A stretch of 64,000 bases of DNA, from positions 248,296 to 312,295 of the forward strand of contig JBMNHG010000002.1 of assembly GCA_050950285.1 (NCBI GenBank), read 5' to 3'. Shown here in pieces: positions 10,497 to 22,362 of this stretch. Positions within the stretch are counted from its first letter, which is position 1, and each line of letters opens with the position of its first letter. The notes under the pieces were generated by a model, which did not search any database, had not been told where the DNA came from, and saw only the letters and a program-made list of their open reading frames with translations. This DNA is from Kiritimatiellia bacterium. Its GTDB lineage: Bacteria > Verrucomicrobiota > Kiritimatiellia > RFP12 > JBMNHG01. A program made the translations under genes and the position numbers.

Positions 10497-10570
10497 GGCT
10501 GGCGACAGGAGCGAGCGCCTGCTCGTCCCTTGTCTCCCGACCCTTGACGCCCCCCCGTCGCCAGCCGATT
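10497..10570. repeat. Near-palindromic GC-rich element in the divergent promoter region; related copy at 37795-37850
   Basis: Termini ggctggcgacagg...ccgtcgccagcc are inverted. Internal blocks gagcgcctgctcg and gggggcgtcaagggtcggga (reverse-complemented here) recur at 37795-37850. Confidence 0.5.
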
Positions 10571-10676
10571 GCGTGTTTCCTTTGGATTCTCCTTGGCAAA
10601 AAGGGTATACTCTCCTTTTATTTTCATGACCGCGTACAAGATGCGGCATTTTGCGTTTCATTCGAGAGAACCCACC

Positions 10677-11369
10677 ATGCTGGAACAGTTGAAAGAAACG
10701 GTTTGCACCGGAAACAAGCGGTTGGTCGCCGCCGGGCTCGTCGTCCTCACCTGGGGGAATGTGTCAGGGTTCGACGAGGAAAGCGGGCTTGTCGTCATCA
10801 AGCCGAGCGGCGTGGACTACGATGCGATGGAACCCGGGCACATGGTGGTGGTGGATCTCGATGGGCAGGTGGTCGAAGGATCCCTCCGCCCCTCGTCGGA
10901 CACGCCCACGCATCTGGAGCTCTACCGCTCCTTCAAGGGCATCCGCGGCGTGGTCCACACGCACAGCGCCGAAGCGACGGCCTGGGCGCAGGCACGCCGG
11001 CAGATTCCGCGTTACGGCACCACCCACGCCGACGGGTGCGACGGCCCCGTCCCGCTTACGCGGGAGCTGACGGAGCAGGAGGTCGAGGATGCCTACGAAC
11101 TCAACACGGGCAAGGTGATTGTGGAACGTTTTGCGGACCTCGACCCGCTTGCCGTGCCGTATGTGCTGGTCACGGGCCACGCGATGTTCTCTTGGGGGAC
11201 CTCCGTGGCGAAGGCGGTGGACAACGCCATCGCGCTTGAATCCATCGCCAGGATGGCCCGCCTTACCGAGACCGTCGCCGCGAACGAACCCATCCACGAA
11301 CTCTCCGCCCATATCGCCCGCAAGCACTATGAGCGGAAGCATGGCCCCCGTGCCTACTACGGGCAATAG
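10677..11369 (+). CDS. araD: L-ribulose-5-phosphate 4-epimerase (class II aldolase family)
   Basis: 231-aa product with ..LTWGNVSG...VIKPSGVDYD.M.....VVDLDG..VEG...PSSDTPTH..LY..F..I.GVVHTHS..AT.WAQ. Confidence 0.85.
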   Translation: MLEQLKETVCTGNKRLVAAGLVVLTWGNVSGFDEESGLVVIKPSGVDYDAMEPGHMVVVDLDGQVVEGSLRPSSDTPTHLELYRSFKGIRGVVHTHSAEATAWAQARRQIPRYGTTHADGCDGPVPLTRELTEQEVEDAYELNTGKVIVERFADLDPLAVPYVLVTGHAMFSWGTSVAKAVDNAIALESIARMARLTETVAANEPIHELSAHIARKHYERKHGPRAYYGQ

Positions 11370-11422
11370 GAACCCCCATCTTCAAAAGGCGTAGCCGCAA
11401 GGCCATTCGACGAACCCCCGGA

Positions 11423-12355
11423 TTGAAAATCCCCCTCATGGACAAACCCACGCTCGTGATTCTTGCCGCCGGAATGGGCAGCCGCTTCGGAGGCATCAAG
11501 CAGATGACCCCCGTCGGGCCCTCCGGCGAAATCCTGATGGACTATTCGGTTTTCGACGCCCTCCGCGCCGGATTTGGAAAGGCCGTGTTCGTGATCCGAC
11601 GCGACTTCGAAGAGGACTTCCGCCAGCAAGTCGGCATCCGCTACGAAAAGCGCGTCGACGTGGCGTACGCCTTCCAGTCGCTCGACGACCTCCCGCCCGG
11701 ATGCACCATCCCCGAAGGCCGCGTCAAACCCTGGGGAACGGCCCACGCCACCCGCGCCGCCCGCGAGGCGGTGGGAGATGCGCCCTTCGCCGTCATCAAC
11801 GCGGACGACTTCTACGGACGCGACGCCTTTTCCCGGATCGGCTCCTTCCTCGCTTCCGACCCTTCCCCCGCGGAATACGCGATGGCGGGCTTCCGCCTTC
11901 GCGAAACCCTCTCCGACAGCGGCACCGTCTCCCGGGGTGTCTGCGAGGTTTCCCCCAACGGCTTCCTGGCCGGCTTGCGCGAAGTCGTCCGGCTCGCCCG
12001 CACCGCCGACGGTTCCGCCGTGGAGAACCTCGAAAATCCCGACGCCCCGGAACGCCTCTCCGGGGACGAATTCGTTTCGATGAACCTGTGGGGATTCCCC
12101 GCCGCCTTTCTCGACCGCATCGAAGAGCGTTTCCCCGGCTGGATGCACAAGCACTCGGGCGACCCCAAGGCCGAGTGGTACCTCCCCTCCGTGGTGGCCG
12201 AACTCGTCGCCGAAGGCCGCGCCACCGTGCGCGTGCTGCCCACCACCTCCTCCTGGTTCGGCGTGACCTATCCGGACGACCGCCCCCGCGTGGCCTCCGC
12301 CCTCGCCCGCCTCGTCGAACAGGGCGTCTACCCCCGCGATCTCTTCGGGCGATAG
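11423..12355 (+). CDS. Sugar-phosphate nucleotidyltransferase family protein
   Basis: N-terminal [11 protein letters not shown] nucleotide-binding loop, followed by KPWGTAHA. Confidence 0.65.
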   Translation: MKIPLMDKPTLVILAAGMGSRFGGIKQMTPVGPSGEILMDYSVFDALRAGFGKAVFVIRRDFEEDFRQQVGIRYEKRVDVAYAFQSLDDLPPGCTIPEGRVKPWGTAHATRAAREAVGDAPFAVINADDFYGRDAFSRIGSFLASDPSPAEYAMAGFRLRETLSDSGTVSRGVCEVSPNGFLAGLREVVRLARTADGSAVENLENPDAPERLSGDEFVSMNLWGFPAAFLDRIEERFPGWMHKHSGDPKAEWYLPSVVAELVAEGRATVRVLPTTSSWFGVTYPDDRPRVASALARLVEQGVYPRDLFGR

Positions 12356-12458
12356 GCCGCACGCCCTCCACGCGTGCGGCATCCGAACGCGAAGCGGCGT
12401 CAAAGGGGAGGATTTCATCTTTGACACCTCCCCCCGGATACTGCACACTGTTTTTTTC

Positions 12459-13338
12459 ATGAAATTAACCAGTCCGTCCCAGATTTCCGCCTGGTGTGCG
12501 GCGCATGGTTTCAAGCCGAACCGCATGCTGGGGCAGAATTTCCTCATCGACCAGAACACCCTCGATTTTCTGGTGGATGCGGCGGAACTGCGTCCGGGAA
12601 GCCGCGTGCTGGAGGTGGGGCCGGGATTGGGGGTGGTCACCGAAGCCCTGATCGAGCGTGGCGCCTGCGTCACGGCCGTGGAAAAAGATCCGGTGCTCGC
12701 CGAGCGCCTTCCCGAGGCCCTTGCCGAGGTTCCGGAGGGCCGCCTTCGCGTGATTCCGGGCGACATGCTCGAACAGGATCTCGACGCCCTGCTTGCCCCT
12801 CCCGGATTCGACGTCTGCGTGTCGAACCTCCCCTACTCTTGCGGAACGCGGATTCTGATGGACCTGGCGCGTCATCCGCTCGCACCCTCCCTTCTGGTGG
12901 TGACCGTGCAGCTCGAGGTGGCCGAGCGTTTCGCGGCGCCTCCGCGCCATCCGGCCCGCGGACTCGCCAGCGTCTGGCTGCAACGCCTGTACGACATCGA
13001 AATCGCCCGCGTCGTGAAACCCACCTGCTTCTGGCCGCGACCGGAAGTCTCCTCCGCCATCGTGCGCCTGCGACGGCATGGCCGCGAGCCGCTGACCCCC
13101 GTCGCAACGGAACGTTTCGAATCGCTCGTGCGCCTCGGCTTCACCCATCGCCGCAAGCAGCTGGCAACAACCTTGCGTCATGCGCCTGCGCCGTTTACCA
13201 TGTCTCCCGAACACACCGCCGCCTTCCTTTCTTCCCTCGGACTCTCGACCCTCGCGTCCGTCCCGAAGAGCTTACCGTGGCCGAGTGGCGGTCCCTGGCC
13301 GCCGAAAGCCTTATTCACTCCCTCCCGAACCCGTATGA
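12459..13338 (+). CDS. rsmA: 16S rRNA (adenine1518/1519-N6)-dimethyltransferase RsmA/KsgA (two apparent frameshifts near the 3' end)
   Basis: [11 protein letters not shown]-binding [12 protein letters not shown] and NLPY motifs. The C-terminal tail (..[17 protein letters not shown]..) continues in a second frame, and the stop lies in a third frame, overlapping the ahcY ATG (ATGA at 13335-13338). Confidence 0.8.
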
Positions 13339-14730
13339 ACGACTTCAAGATCAAAGACCCCTCCCTCGCCCCGCTCGGCCGCAAACTCATCGCAATGGAA
13401 GAGCACGAGATGCCGGGCCTGATGGCCTGCCGGGCCAAATACGGCCCCGTCAAGCCCCTCGCCGGCGCCCGCGTGACGGGCTCGCTCCACATGACGGTCG
13501 AAACCGCCATTCTCATCGAAACCCTGCGCGAACTGGGTGCCGATGTGCGCTGGGCCTCGTGCAACATCTTCTCCACGAACGACTCCGCCGCAGCCGCCAT
13601 CGCCGCTGCGGGCGTGCCGGTGTTCGCCTGGAAGGGCGAGTCCATTCCCGAGTACTGGTGGTGCACGAAACAGGCAATGACCTGGCCCGATGGCACCGGT
13701 CCCGACCTGATCGTGGACGACGGCGGAGACGCCACGCTCCTCCTCCACCTCGGCACCGCTGCGGAGACCGATCCTTCGCGTCTCGACCATCCCGCGTCCG
13801 AAGAGGAAGCCGCCCTCTTCGCCCTCGTCCGCGAGACCCTCGCCTCGGATCCCCGCTGGTTCTCGAAGACCGCCGCCCGCGTGCGCGGCGTCTCCGAAGA
13901 AACCACCACGGGCGTCCATCGCCTCTACCAGCTGGAAGCCGAAAAATCGCTCCTCTTCCCCGCCATCAACGTGAACGACTCCGTGACCAAGTCGAAGTTC
14001 GACAACATCTATGGATGCCGGGAATCCCTCGTTGACGGCCTGAAGCGGGCGATGGACATCATGCTCGCCGGCAAGAACGCGCTCGTCTGCGGCTACGGCG
14101 ACGTCGGCAAAGGCTGCGCCGAAGCCCTCCGCGGACAACCACTGCCGCGTTCGCGTGACCGAAATCGACCCCATCTGCGCACTCCAGGCGTGCATGGCCG
14201 GCTACGCCGTCACCACCGTGCAGGACGCCCTCCCCTGGGCCGATATCTTCGTGACCTGCACCGGCAACGTCGGAATCATCACCGCCGACGACATGGCGAA
14301 GATGCGCGATCAGGCGATCATCTGCAACATCGGCCACTTCGACAACGAAATCCGCGTGGCGGATCTCCTCGCCTGGCCCGGCATCGTCCGCACGACCATC
14401 AAGCCGCAGGTGGACATGTTCACCTTCCCCGACGGGCACTCGATCTACCTGCTCGCGGAAGGCCGCCTGGTGAACCTCGGGTGCGCCACGGGCCATTCCG
14501 CCTTCGTGATGAGCACCTCGTTCACGAACCAGATCCTCGCCCAGATCAAGCTCTGGCAGGAGGACATGCCCGTGGGCGTGACCCGCCTTCCCAAGGAACT
14601 CGACGAAGAGGTCGCCAGACTCCACCTCGCCAAGCTTGGCGCGAAGCTCACCACGCTCACGCCCGCCCAGGCCGACTACATCGGCGTGAAACCCGAAGGC
14701 CCCTACAAGTCCGATTTTTACCGTTACTGA
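13335..14730 (+). CDS. ahcY: Adenosylhomocysteinase (one apparent frameshift ~14130-14155)
   Basis: N-terminus [31 protein letters not shown]..., NAD-binding [15 protein letters not shown], and the C-terminal half in ORF 14155..14730 ending ..KSDFYRY. The frames join with a 1-nt offset at ggacaaccactgccgcgttcgcgtgacc. Confidence 0.85.
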
Positions 14731-14780
14731 TCCATCGTTCTCCTGTATCCTGTATCCCCATCACGAAAGGAACCTCCCCC

Positions 14781-15101
14781 ATGCCCGCCGAACTCACCGC
14801 CTCCACCTTCCAAGACGCCATCTCCCGGGGCGTCGTCCTCGTCGACTTCTGGGCCCCCTGGTGCGGCCCCTGCAGGATGCAGGGCCCCATCCTCGAACAG
14901 GTCGCCCCCGCCTTCGAAGGCCGCGCCACGATCGCCAAGCTCAACATCGACGATCCTTCGACCCAGAACATCGCGAAAGACCTCGGCATCCGCAGCATCC
15001 CGACCCTCGTCCTCTTCAAGGACGGCGCAGAGGTGGAGCGCTTCATCGGCCTCACCCGCGCCGACGCCCTCCAGGCGGCGATCACGTCCGCGCTGGCATG
15101 A
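14781..15101 (+). CDS. trxA: Thioredoxin
   Basis: WAPWCGPCR active site in a 106-aa product. Confidence 0.85.
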   Translation: MPAELTASTFQDAISRGVVLVDFWAPWCGPCRMQGPILEQVAPAFEGRATIAKLNIDDPSTQNIAKDLGIRSIPTLVLFKDGAEVERFIGLTRADALQAAITSALA

Positions 15102-15143
15102 TCCGTCCGTAGGACAACAGCCCTCCGTTCTCCAGCCAGCCCC

Positions 15144-15935
15144 ATGCGCCATCGTCGTGCGATCGTCCGGGACCACCTCCCCCTGGAGGCGGGTTATCGC
15201 TGGCTGGAACTGGAGGCGCCGGAAATCGCCGCGGCGGCTCGTCCGGGCCAGTTCGTGCACCTCCGCGTGCCCGCGCTCGAAGCCTCCGCCCTGCGGCGCC
15301 CTTTCAGCATCTGCGACGTGCGCGGAACGCGGCTCTGCCTGCTCTACAAGGAGGTCGGACGCGGCACTGCCGCCATGGCTTCGTTGCGCGAGGGCGACGC
15401 GGTGGACCTGCTGGGTCCGCAAGGCAACGGATTCCCGCTGGAGTGCGGCGGCCGGACCCCCATCCTGCTTGGAGGCGGATACGGCGTCGCGCCGCTCTAT
15501 TTCCTCGCGCGCAGCTCCCGCGCCACGGCGTGCTGATGACGGGCGCGCGGACGGCAGGCGACATCCTCCTGAGCGGACGCTTCGCCGAACTCGGGCTGGG
15601 AAGAACGCTTCGCCACGATGGATGGCTCGCTCGGCGAAACCGGACTCGTCACCGTCCTCCTCGACGCCTGGCTGAAGCCCGCCCCCGCGAACCCGCCGTG
15701 TTCTACGCCTGCGGGCCCGACGGCATGCTCCGCGCCGTGGGGGATCGCGCCATCGCCCGCGAGGAGCCGACCGAAGCCTGGCTGTCGCTCGACAAGCACA
15801 TGGTCTGCGGCGTAGGCGCCTGTCTCGCCTGTGTCCAGGAACTGCGGTCCCGGGATGGCACGACCCGCCTCGGCGCGCGTCTGCAAAGACGGCCCCGTCT
15901 TCGAATCCCGCGAAATCGTCTGGAGCCATCCATGA
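15144..15935 (+). CDS. pyrK: Dihydroorotate dehydrogenase electron-transfer subunit PyrK (several apparent frameshifts)
   Basis: FAD/NAD-binding N-terminus (RPGQFVHLRVP...RRPFSI..), GGGYGVAPLYFLA, and the C-terminal 2Fe-2S CGVGACLACV block. The true end (...[19 protein letters not shown]) lies in another frame, with its stop overlapping the pyrD ATG. At least 3 frame changes occur between 15515 and 15880. Confidence 0.7.
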
Positions 15936-16844
15936 GCGACGACGCCCCCGACCTGCGCGTGAACCTTGGCGGACTCGCCATGGCGAACCCCGTGACCGTG
16001 GCTTCGGGGACCTTCGGCTACGGCCTGGAATATGCGGAACTCGTCGATGTCCGCCGCCTGGGCGCCATTACCGTGAAGGGCATCCGCCTGGCACCCTGGC
16101 CGGGCAATCCCCTCCCCCGCCACGTCGAAGTGCGCGGCGGCATGGTGAATGCCATCGGATTGCAGGGGCCGGGCGTGAAGGGCTTCATCGAGCACCATCT
16201 CCCGCCGCTCCGGGCGCTGGGTGTCCCCGTGATCGTGAACATCTGGGGCGACTCGGCGGACGAATACGCGGAAGTCGCAAGACGCCTCTCCGACGCGGAA
16301 GGCGTCTCCGCCCTCGAGATGAACCTCTCCTGCCCCAACGTCAAGGCCGGCGGCGCGGCCTTCGGGACCGATCCGGCCACGATGGCGGCGGTCGTCTCCG
16401 CCACGCGCCCCGCCACGCGCCTCCCCTCTTCGTGAAGCTCGCCCCGAACGTGCCGTCCCATTGCGCCATTCGCCCGTGCGGCCGCGGACGCCGGCGCGGA
16501 CGCGCTGTCGCTGATCAACACGGTTCCGGCGATGGTGATCGACATCGAGGCCCGCCGCCCCGTGCTGGCGAACCGCATCGGCGGCCTCTCCGGTCCCGCC
16601 ATCCACCCATCGCGGTGAAGCATGTCTACGACGCCGCCCAGGCCGTGAAGACGCCCATTCTCGCCATGGAGGCGTCTTCTGCGCCCGCGACGCCATCGAA
16701 TTCCTCCTCGCCGGCGCCACCGCTGTCGCGGTCGGCACCGCGACTTTCATCGATCCAACCACCACGCTCCAGGTCATCGACGGCATCCGGGACTACATGG
16801 TTCGCCACCGCATCCCTTCGATGCGCGACTTCCCGCGCATTTGA
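15932..16844 (+). CDS. pyrD: Dihydroorotate dehydrogenase catalytic subunit PyrD (class 1B), several apparent frameshifts in 3' half
   Basis: [31 protein letters not shown]....GAITVKG......GNP.PR......[12 protein letters not shown]. The C-terminal part (..[19 protein letters not shown].. and ..MRDFPRI*) is scattered over three frames between 16430 and 16844. Confidence 0.75.
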
Positions 16845-19800
16845 GCAGGCGGAATCCGGACGTCGCGACCAATCGGCAACGGAGACTGCGCCATGAACTG
16901 ACCCTCCATGCCCCGCTCGGCGTCGATTGGACGCCACAGCATCTGTTCCTCGCCCTTCCGGGCGTCGAACCCGGCCTGCCGCTGGACCTCGAAATCGACG
17001 GCATCCCCGCCCCCTTCCAGTACACGGGCGCACGGGCGCCGCGATGGCGCGGAAATCTGCGTCAAACTCGGCTTCGGGAAAGAGGAAACGCATGGGCTTT
17101 CCTTCGCGCCCGCCGCATCCTGCGGAACGGACCTCGCCCGGCGGCAGCTCTGGGAAGGCGATGGCCGCGATGCGCCTCCGGCCGAAATCGGAGCGGCCGG
17201 ACGCACCCTCCTCGTCTCCCCCGGCGCACCGTTCGGCGGATTCGCCGGCCACGCCATGCGCTGCGTCGTGGACGCTCCCCGTCCGCTCGCCCGCGCCTCG
17301 CTTGCGCAGACCTGCGACGGACCGCTCTTCACCGACTACACGCTCGCGCTCCGCTATGGCGAGGACGGCCGCTACACGGTCGACTACCGCTGCTTCAAGT
17401 CGGAGCCGTATGTCGAAATCCGCGAGACCTTTTCGCTCGGACCGGGCGCGGAGATGCGCTTGGACGCTCAATCCCGAAAGCGCTTCACGCACATCCTGAG
17501 CCGCGACAGTTTCGAGGGCGAACGCACGCCCCACGGTCGAAACCCCTCGGCGAAGAGCATCCTCGGGACGTGCTCTGCCGTCTCCAGATGCCCGTCCTCT
17601 CCGAGTACTTCATCCCGAACAACCGCGGCTGGTTCGCGTTCTTCGACCAGCGGAATCCCGCCGCCGGCATGGTGGGTATTCTGGGGCTCCACGGCGCACG
17701 GTGGGAGGAGCCCGTCGCCGCCATGCCCGAACTCTTCGACGCCGGCAAAACGGTCCTCTGGCGCGCCTCGCTCGCAAGCGGACGCCGGTGCTGGCTGCTG
17801 TATGCCGGCCCCCTCGAAACCTCCTACCGCATCCTGACGCCGACAAGCCGGCGGAGGTCCCGAACCCCGCTTCGTCTTCCACCGTCTCCATGCCGAATTC
17901 AACGCGTTGCGCCTCGACGGACACCTCGACCTCGACGGCTCCGCCTGCTACGACGCCTCCGCCGCGAACGCCCCCGCCATCTTCGGGCCTGGCGACTTCC
18001 ATGCCGACGCCCGTCGACGCGTCCAGGCGCTCGAGTGCCTGCGTCGCATGGGCGAGCCCCCCTCCCCCGCCTTCGCCTACCTCCTCCAGCCATCCGACGA
18101 CGCCGCGCGCCTCCTGCGCGACGACATCGCCTCCCGGTTCGCCCGATGGGTGCGCCAGTTCCAAGGCTACCGAACGGGCGAAAACGACTACGCGAAAAAC
18201 GTCATCGGCTTCTCGCGCCGCCTCCGCGGCCTGCTGCTGTCCTACGAACTCCTGCGCCGCGACGGCGCGCTGTCCGATTCGGACGTCCGGCGATTCAACG
18301 CTTGCTTCGTTTTCGCGGCGCGCCGCATTTTGGACGAAGGCCGTTGGCCCCACTCCCGTTCGTGGAAGCATCCGGACCATCCGGAATCACCCGCGACTTC
18401 TACGCCTACGGTGGCGAGCACAAGCCCGACCGGCTCGTCTGGACGAACAGCCTTCCAAACTTCCAAAGCGACCCCATGGCCGCCCTCGCCCACCTCGCCG
18501 CGCTTTTCCCGACCCACCCCGACGCCGCCATTGGCTGCGCTTCGCGCTCGAGGACATCGACCGCCAGCTCGACGCCTACTGCGGGAACAGCGGCGCATGG
18601 AGGAATCCATCAACTACACGCTGTATACCCTCTCGTACCTCGTGATCACCTTCCGCGCCCTCAAAGGCCGCACCGGACGCGACTTCTTCCACGACCCGCG
18701 GATGCGCCGCCTCATCGGCTGGTTGTGCCGCTTCTTCGGACCGTTTGACAAGCGATTCGGCGTCGCCACGTGGCCCGCGATCGGGAACGCCGTCCTTCCG
18801 CAGATCCAGGCCGAGCCCTCCTCGCCTTCGCCGGCGAACTCGCCGGAGACGACCCGCTCCGCCGCGACTGCATCGCGCTCTGGCAACGCGTCGCCGGACA
18901 TGTCCGCCCGGCGGAGCATGCGCCGCTCCTGCTCGCCGCCATGGCGCCGGACGTGCCGGCGAGCCGCTTCCCCTGGCCCCCCTCGCCAGCGAGGTGATGG
19001 ACGAAGTGGGCGTCTCGATGCGCGATGGCTTCGGAACCCCGCGGGAAAGCTTCTCTTCCAGAAAATCGGATTCGCCAAGGATCACTACGAGGACGACGAA
19101 AGCGCCTTCAACTGGTATGCCAAGGGGACGCCTTTCTGCATGGACTACGGCACCTACACCGGCGACGTCGCCGTGGGTGCCGCCCACAACCTCGTCGAAA
19201 TCGCCGAGGGCGACCCCCTCCGGCGCGGCTACCTCGCGGACCACTTCTTCTCCCCGCACGTGGACTACACCCGTTGCGAGATCCCCGTCACCCTCAAGCT
19301 CCTCTGGGGCCGCATCCGTCCTTTCGAGGAAATCGACGCCGCCCACGTCTCCACCCCCCGCGAACGCACGCCCTATTTCTACATCGGCGACCGCAACCCC
19401 GTGGGTCCCGAAGTGCTGGAAAGTGCGCATGCTCCTCTTCGTGAAGCCGGACTACGTCGTGCTCTTCGACCGCGTCTTCGGGCGCGTTCCCCATCGCTGG
19501 AACCTCCATTTCACCGGCGGCCCCATCGAACGGAAGGGGAATCTGCTCGCCTCCCGGGGCCGCTTCGACCTGGACCTGCTCGCCTGCGTGCGGCATCCGG
19601 CGGAGTTTTCACTGGAAACCGGCGAGCTCGTTCCAAGGGTCCATCCGGGTTGGCGGCGGGGAGGAGGCGAGGCGACGCCACGCCCAGCACTTCGTCCGCA
19701 TCGCGAACAAGGAAGACGGGCTCTATCGTGCGCTCCTCTTCGCAAAAGAACGCGACCGCGACGTCCGGATCGAGCCGGCGGGCGAAACAAGGATTCCGCG

Positions 19801-20078
19801 TGATACGACGCCCGACTACGCCGACCTCGTCTTCCTCAACGATGACTACGTCGAAGAACAGGTCGGCAACGTCCGTCTTCCGCGGGCGAGCCGGCTGGTT
19901 GCGCCGCCACCGCGATGGCCGGATCGAATCGCAAGCCCCTTCCGGCAGCTTCCCCGAACCGATGCGTTCCTCCAGCCGTCCGTGAACCGTCCGGCGCGAC
20001 AGCGGCGTGCCGCGGCAGGATTCGCGCGGGATTCGCGGGCGGCCAGGAATTCTTATGGCAGACTTCACGCGGTTTTGA
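16841..20078 (+). pseudogene. Heparinase II/III-like polysaccharide lyase family gene, reading frame broken at least 6 times
   Basis: Coherent protein segments of one ~1000-aa Hepar_II_III-like protein alternate between the ORFs 16841.., 16908.. and 17907... Examples are ..YTLALRYGEDGRYTVDYRCFKSEPYVEIRETF.., ..FHADARRRVQALECLRRMGE.. and ..FNWYAKGTPFCMDYGTYTGDVAVGAAHNLVEI... It may be a genuine pseudogene or dense assembly indels. Confidence 0.5.
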
Positions 20079-20167
20079 TAAAGTGAGCCTGCTTTTGTCT
20101 CAACCTCAAAGCGTTCCTGCTTCGAAATCTACGGCGGGAGCGACCAATCCCATCGGAGTTCTATTTC

Positions 20168-20931
20168 ATGAGCGGTCATAGCAAGTGGGCTAAAATCAAG
20201 CACGCAAAGGCGGGTGCCGACGCGAAGCGTGGCAAGGTTTTCAGCAAGTTCGCCAAGGAAATCATGATCCTCGCCCAAGGCTGGCGGCGGCGATCCCGCC
20301 ACCAACGCGGCGCTGCGCAACATGCTGGCCAAGGCCAAGTCGGTCAACATGCCGAACGACAACATCGAACGCGCCATCAAGAAAGGCACGGGCGAAGGCG
20401 CTTCGGTCAACTTCGAGGAAATCACCTATGAAGGCTATGCGGCCGGCGGGATCGGCCTCGTGGTGAAGGTTCTCACCGAAAACAAGAACCGTTCCGCGGC
20501 GGAAGTCGGCAACATCTTCAAGAAGAACAATTCCGAATTCGCCAAGATCGGCTCCGTCTCGCGCAACTTCGAGCGCAAGGGAAAGATCGAGATCGACGCC
20601 GAAAGCCACGGCGAAGACGAGGTGATGACCGTCGCCCTCGAGGCAGGCGCCGACGACATGGTGACGGAAGACGGGGAGTTCATCATCTACACCTCGCAGC
20701 AGGCGTTCGCCGACGTGTGCGACGCCCTCGCCCAGGCGAACATCGAAACCGACTCCGCCGAAATCGGCCTGATTCCCACCGTCACCAAGACCATCGACGA
20801 CATCGACGTGGCCAAGCAGGTGCAGCGCTTCATCGACGCGCTCGAGGGACTACGACGACGTCCAGGACGTCTACAGCGACATGGTTCTCGACCCCGCCGT
20901 GGCAGACGCCCTCGAGGCGGAAGAGGAATAG
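20168..20931 (+). CDS. yebC: YebC/PmpR-family transcriptional regulator (two apparent frameshifts)
   Basis: [36 protein letters not shown], then the frame shifts at ~20280 into ..[35 protein letters not shown]... The C-terminal ..[25 protein letters not shown] sits in a third frame after ~20850. Confidence 0.8.
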
Positions 20932-20999
20932 TGCAGGGTCTTCCCGGGAATCCTGCGGCCTCCACCGCCCCTTCGGGCGCGCCTCCGGGCGCGCCCGTC

Positions 21000-21501
21000 G
21001 TGTATCGGGTGCTCGGCATCGACACCTCGCTCCGGTCCAGCGGGCTGGCCGTGGTGGAGGCCGAAGGGCAGCGGTTCCGCGCCCTTTGCTACGGGCTGGT
21101 GAAGAATCCGCCGGCACGTCGGCTTTCGGCCTGTCTGGGGCATATCCGGGAGGACATCGCCGGTCTGGTCGAGGAATTCCATCCCGATGCGGCGGCGATC
21201 GAAGGCATCTTCTACGCGAAAAACGTCCGTACCGCCATGATTCTCTGCCATGCGGCGAGGTGTCGCGATCGACACCTGTTCGGCTGCGGGGCTCCCCATC
21301 TACGAATACGAGCCGCGGCGCGTCAAGCAGGCGGTGCTTGGCCATGGCAATGCGACGAAGGCGCAGATCCAGCGGATGGTCGCCACCACGCTCGGCCTGC
21401 CGAAGATTCCGCCCGAAGACGCCGCCGACGCCCTGGCCATCGCCCTCACCCATCTCCACAACCGGAACCGGATTGCCCTGGGCTTGGACAAGCCGCTCTA
21501 G
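21000..21501 (+). CDS. ruvC: Crossover junction endodeoxyribonuclease RuvC (one apparent frameshift ~21255)
   Basis: VLGIDTSLRSSGLAVVEAEGQR....YG, then after the shift ..GVAIDTCSAAGLPIYEYEPRRVKQAVLGHGNATKAQIQRMV...PEDAADALAIALTH. A GTG start near 21000-21009 is inferred. Confidence 0.75.
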
Positions 21502-21586
21502 GCAACTCCGGCGGAATCTCGGACACCATGAAGCCCTCCCCTCCCGAACTGCGCGCGAACGACAAGGTATTCCGGGTGGTCGACGC

Positions 21587-22318
21587 ATGAAACTCCTGTT
21601 CATCCGGCACGCCGATCCCGACTACGCCATCGACTCGCTTACCCCCAAGGGTTGGCGCGAGGCGGAGATGCTTGCCGGATTCCTGTCGGAAATCGACGTG
21701 CTCGCCTATTACGTCTCGCCGCTGGGGCGGGCGAAAGACACCGCCTCCCTCACGCTCGCCCGCACGGGGCGCACGGCGACGGAGTGCCCCTGGCTGCGCG
21801 AGTTCACCCCGGCCATCCGGCGTCCCGGCTCCCCCGGCATCGCGCCGGTTCCCTGGGACTGGCTGCCGCAGGATTGGACGGCGGACGAACGGTTCTACCG
21901 GCGCGACCTCTGGGCCGAGCCGGAAAGAATGCGCGAAGGCGGCGTGCGCGAGGCGGCCGACGAAGTCGCACGGGAATTCGATGCGCTGCTTGAAACCCAT
22001 GGCTACCGCCGCGACGGCAACCTCTACCGTGCGCTGGCGCCCAGCAATGCGACGCTCGTCTTCTTCTGCCATTTCGGCGTCGAATGCCTGTTGCTCGGCC
22101 ATTTGCTGGGCCTCTCCCCCATGGTGCTCTGGCATGCCACGTGCGCGGCGCCATCCTCGATCACGACGGTCGCAACCGAAGAGCGGCGCGAAGGCATCGC
22201 ATGCTTCCGCATGCTCTCCTTCGGCGCCACCCCCCACCTCGCGATCCACGGCGAGCCGCCCGCCTTCGCCGCGCGATTCCGCGAATGCCATGCGAACGAT
22301 GCGGAGCGCCGCGATTGA
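21587..22318 (+). CDS. Histidine phosphatase (phosphoglycerate-mutase-like) family protein
   Basis: N-terminal LLFIRHADPDYA with the RH catalytic dipeptide; 243 aa. Confidence 0.6.
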   Translation: MKLLFIRHADPDYAIDSLTPKGWREAEMLAGFLSEIDVLAYYVSPLGRAKDTASLTLARTGRTATECPWLREFTPAIRRPGSPGIAPVPWDWLPQDWTADERFYRRDLWAEPERMREGGVREAADEVAREFDALLETHGYRRDGNLYRALAPSNATLVFFCHFGVECLLLGHLLGLSPMVLWHATCAAPSSITTVATEERREGIACFRMLSFGATPHLAIHGEPPAFAARFRECHANDAERRD

Positions 22319-22362
22319 CCCGGCAGCGAACCCTCACCCCCTCCCCCTGGACTGCCATCCCC

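Noticed and set aside
10000-21500. Annotating each frameshifted housekeeping gene as a true pseudogene
   Set aside because: Simultaneous loss of pyrD, pyrK, ahcY, ruvC and rsmA is biologically implausible and the shifts sit in short G/C runs. Treated as probable assembly indels, except the heparinase-like gene where disruption is too dense to judge.
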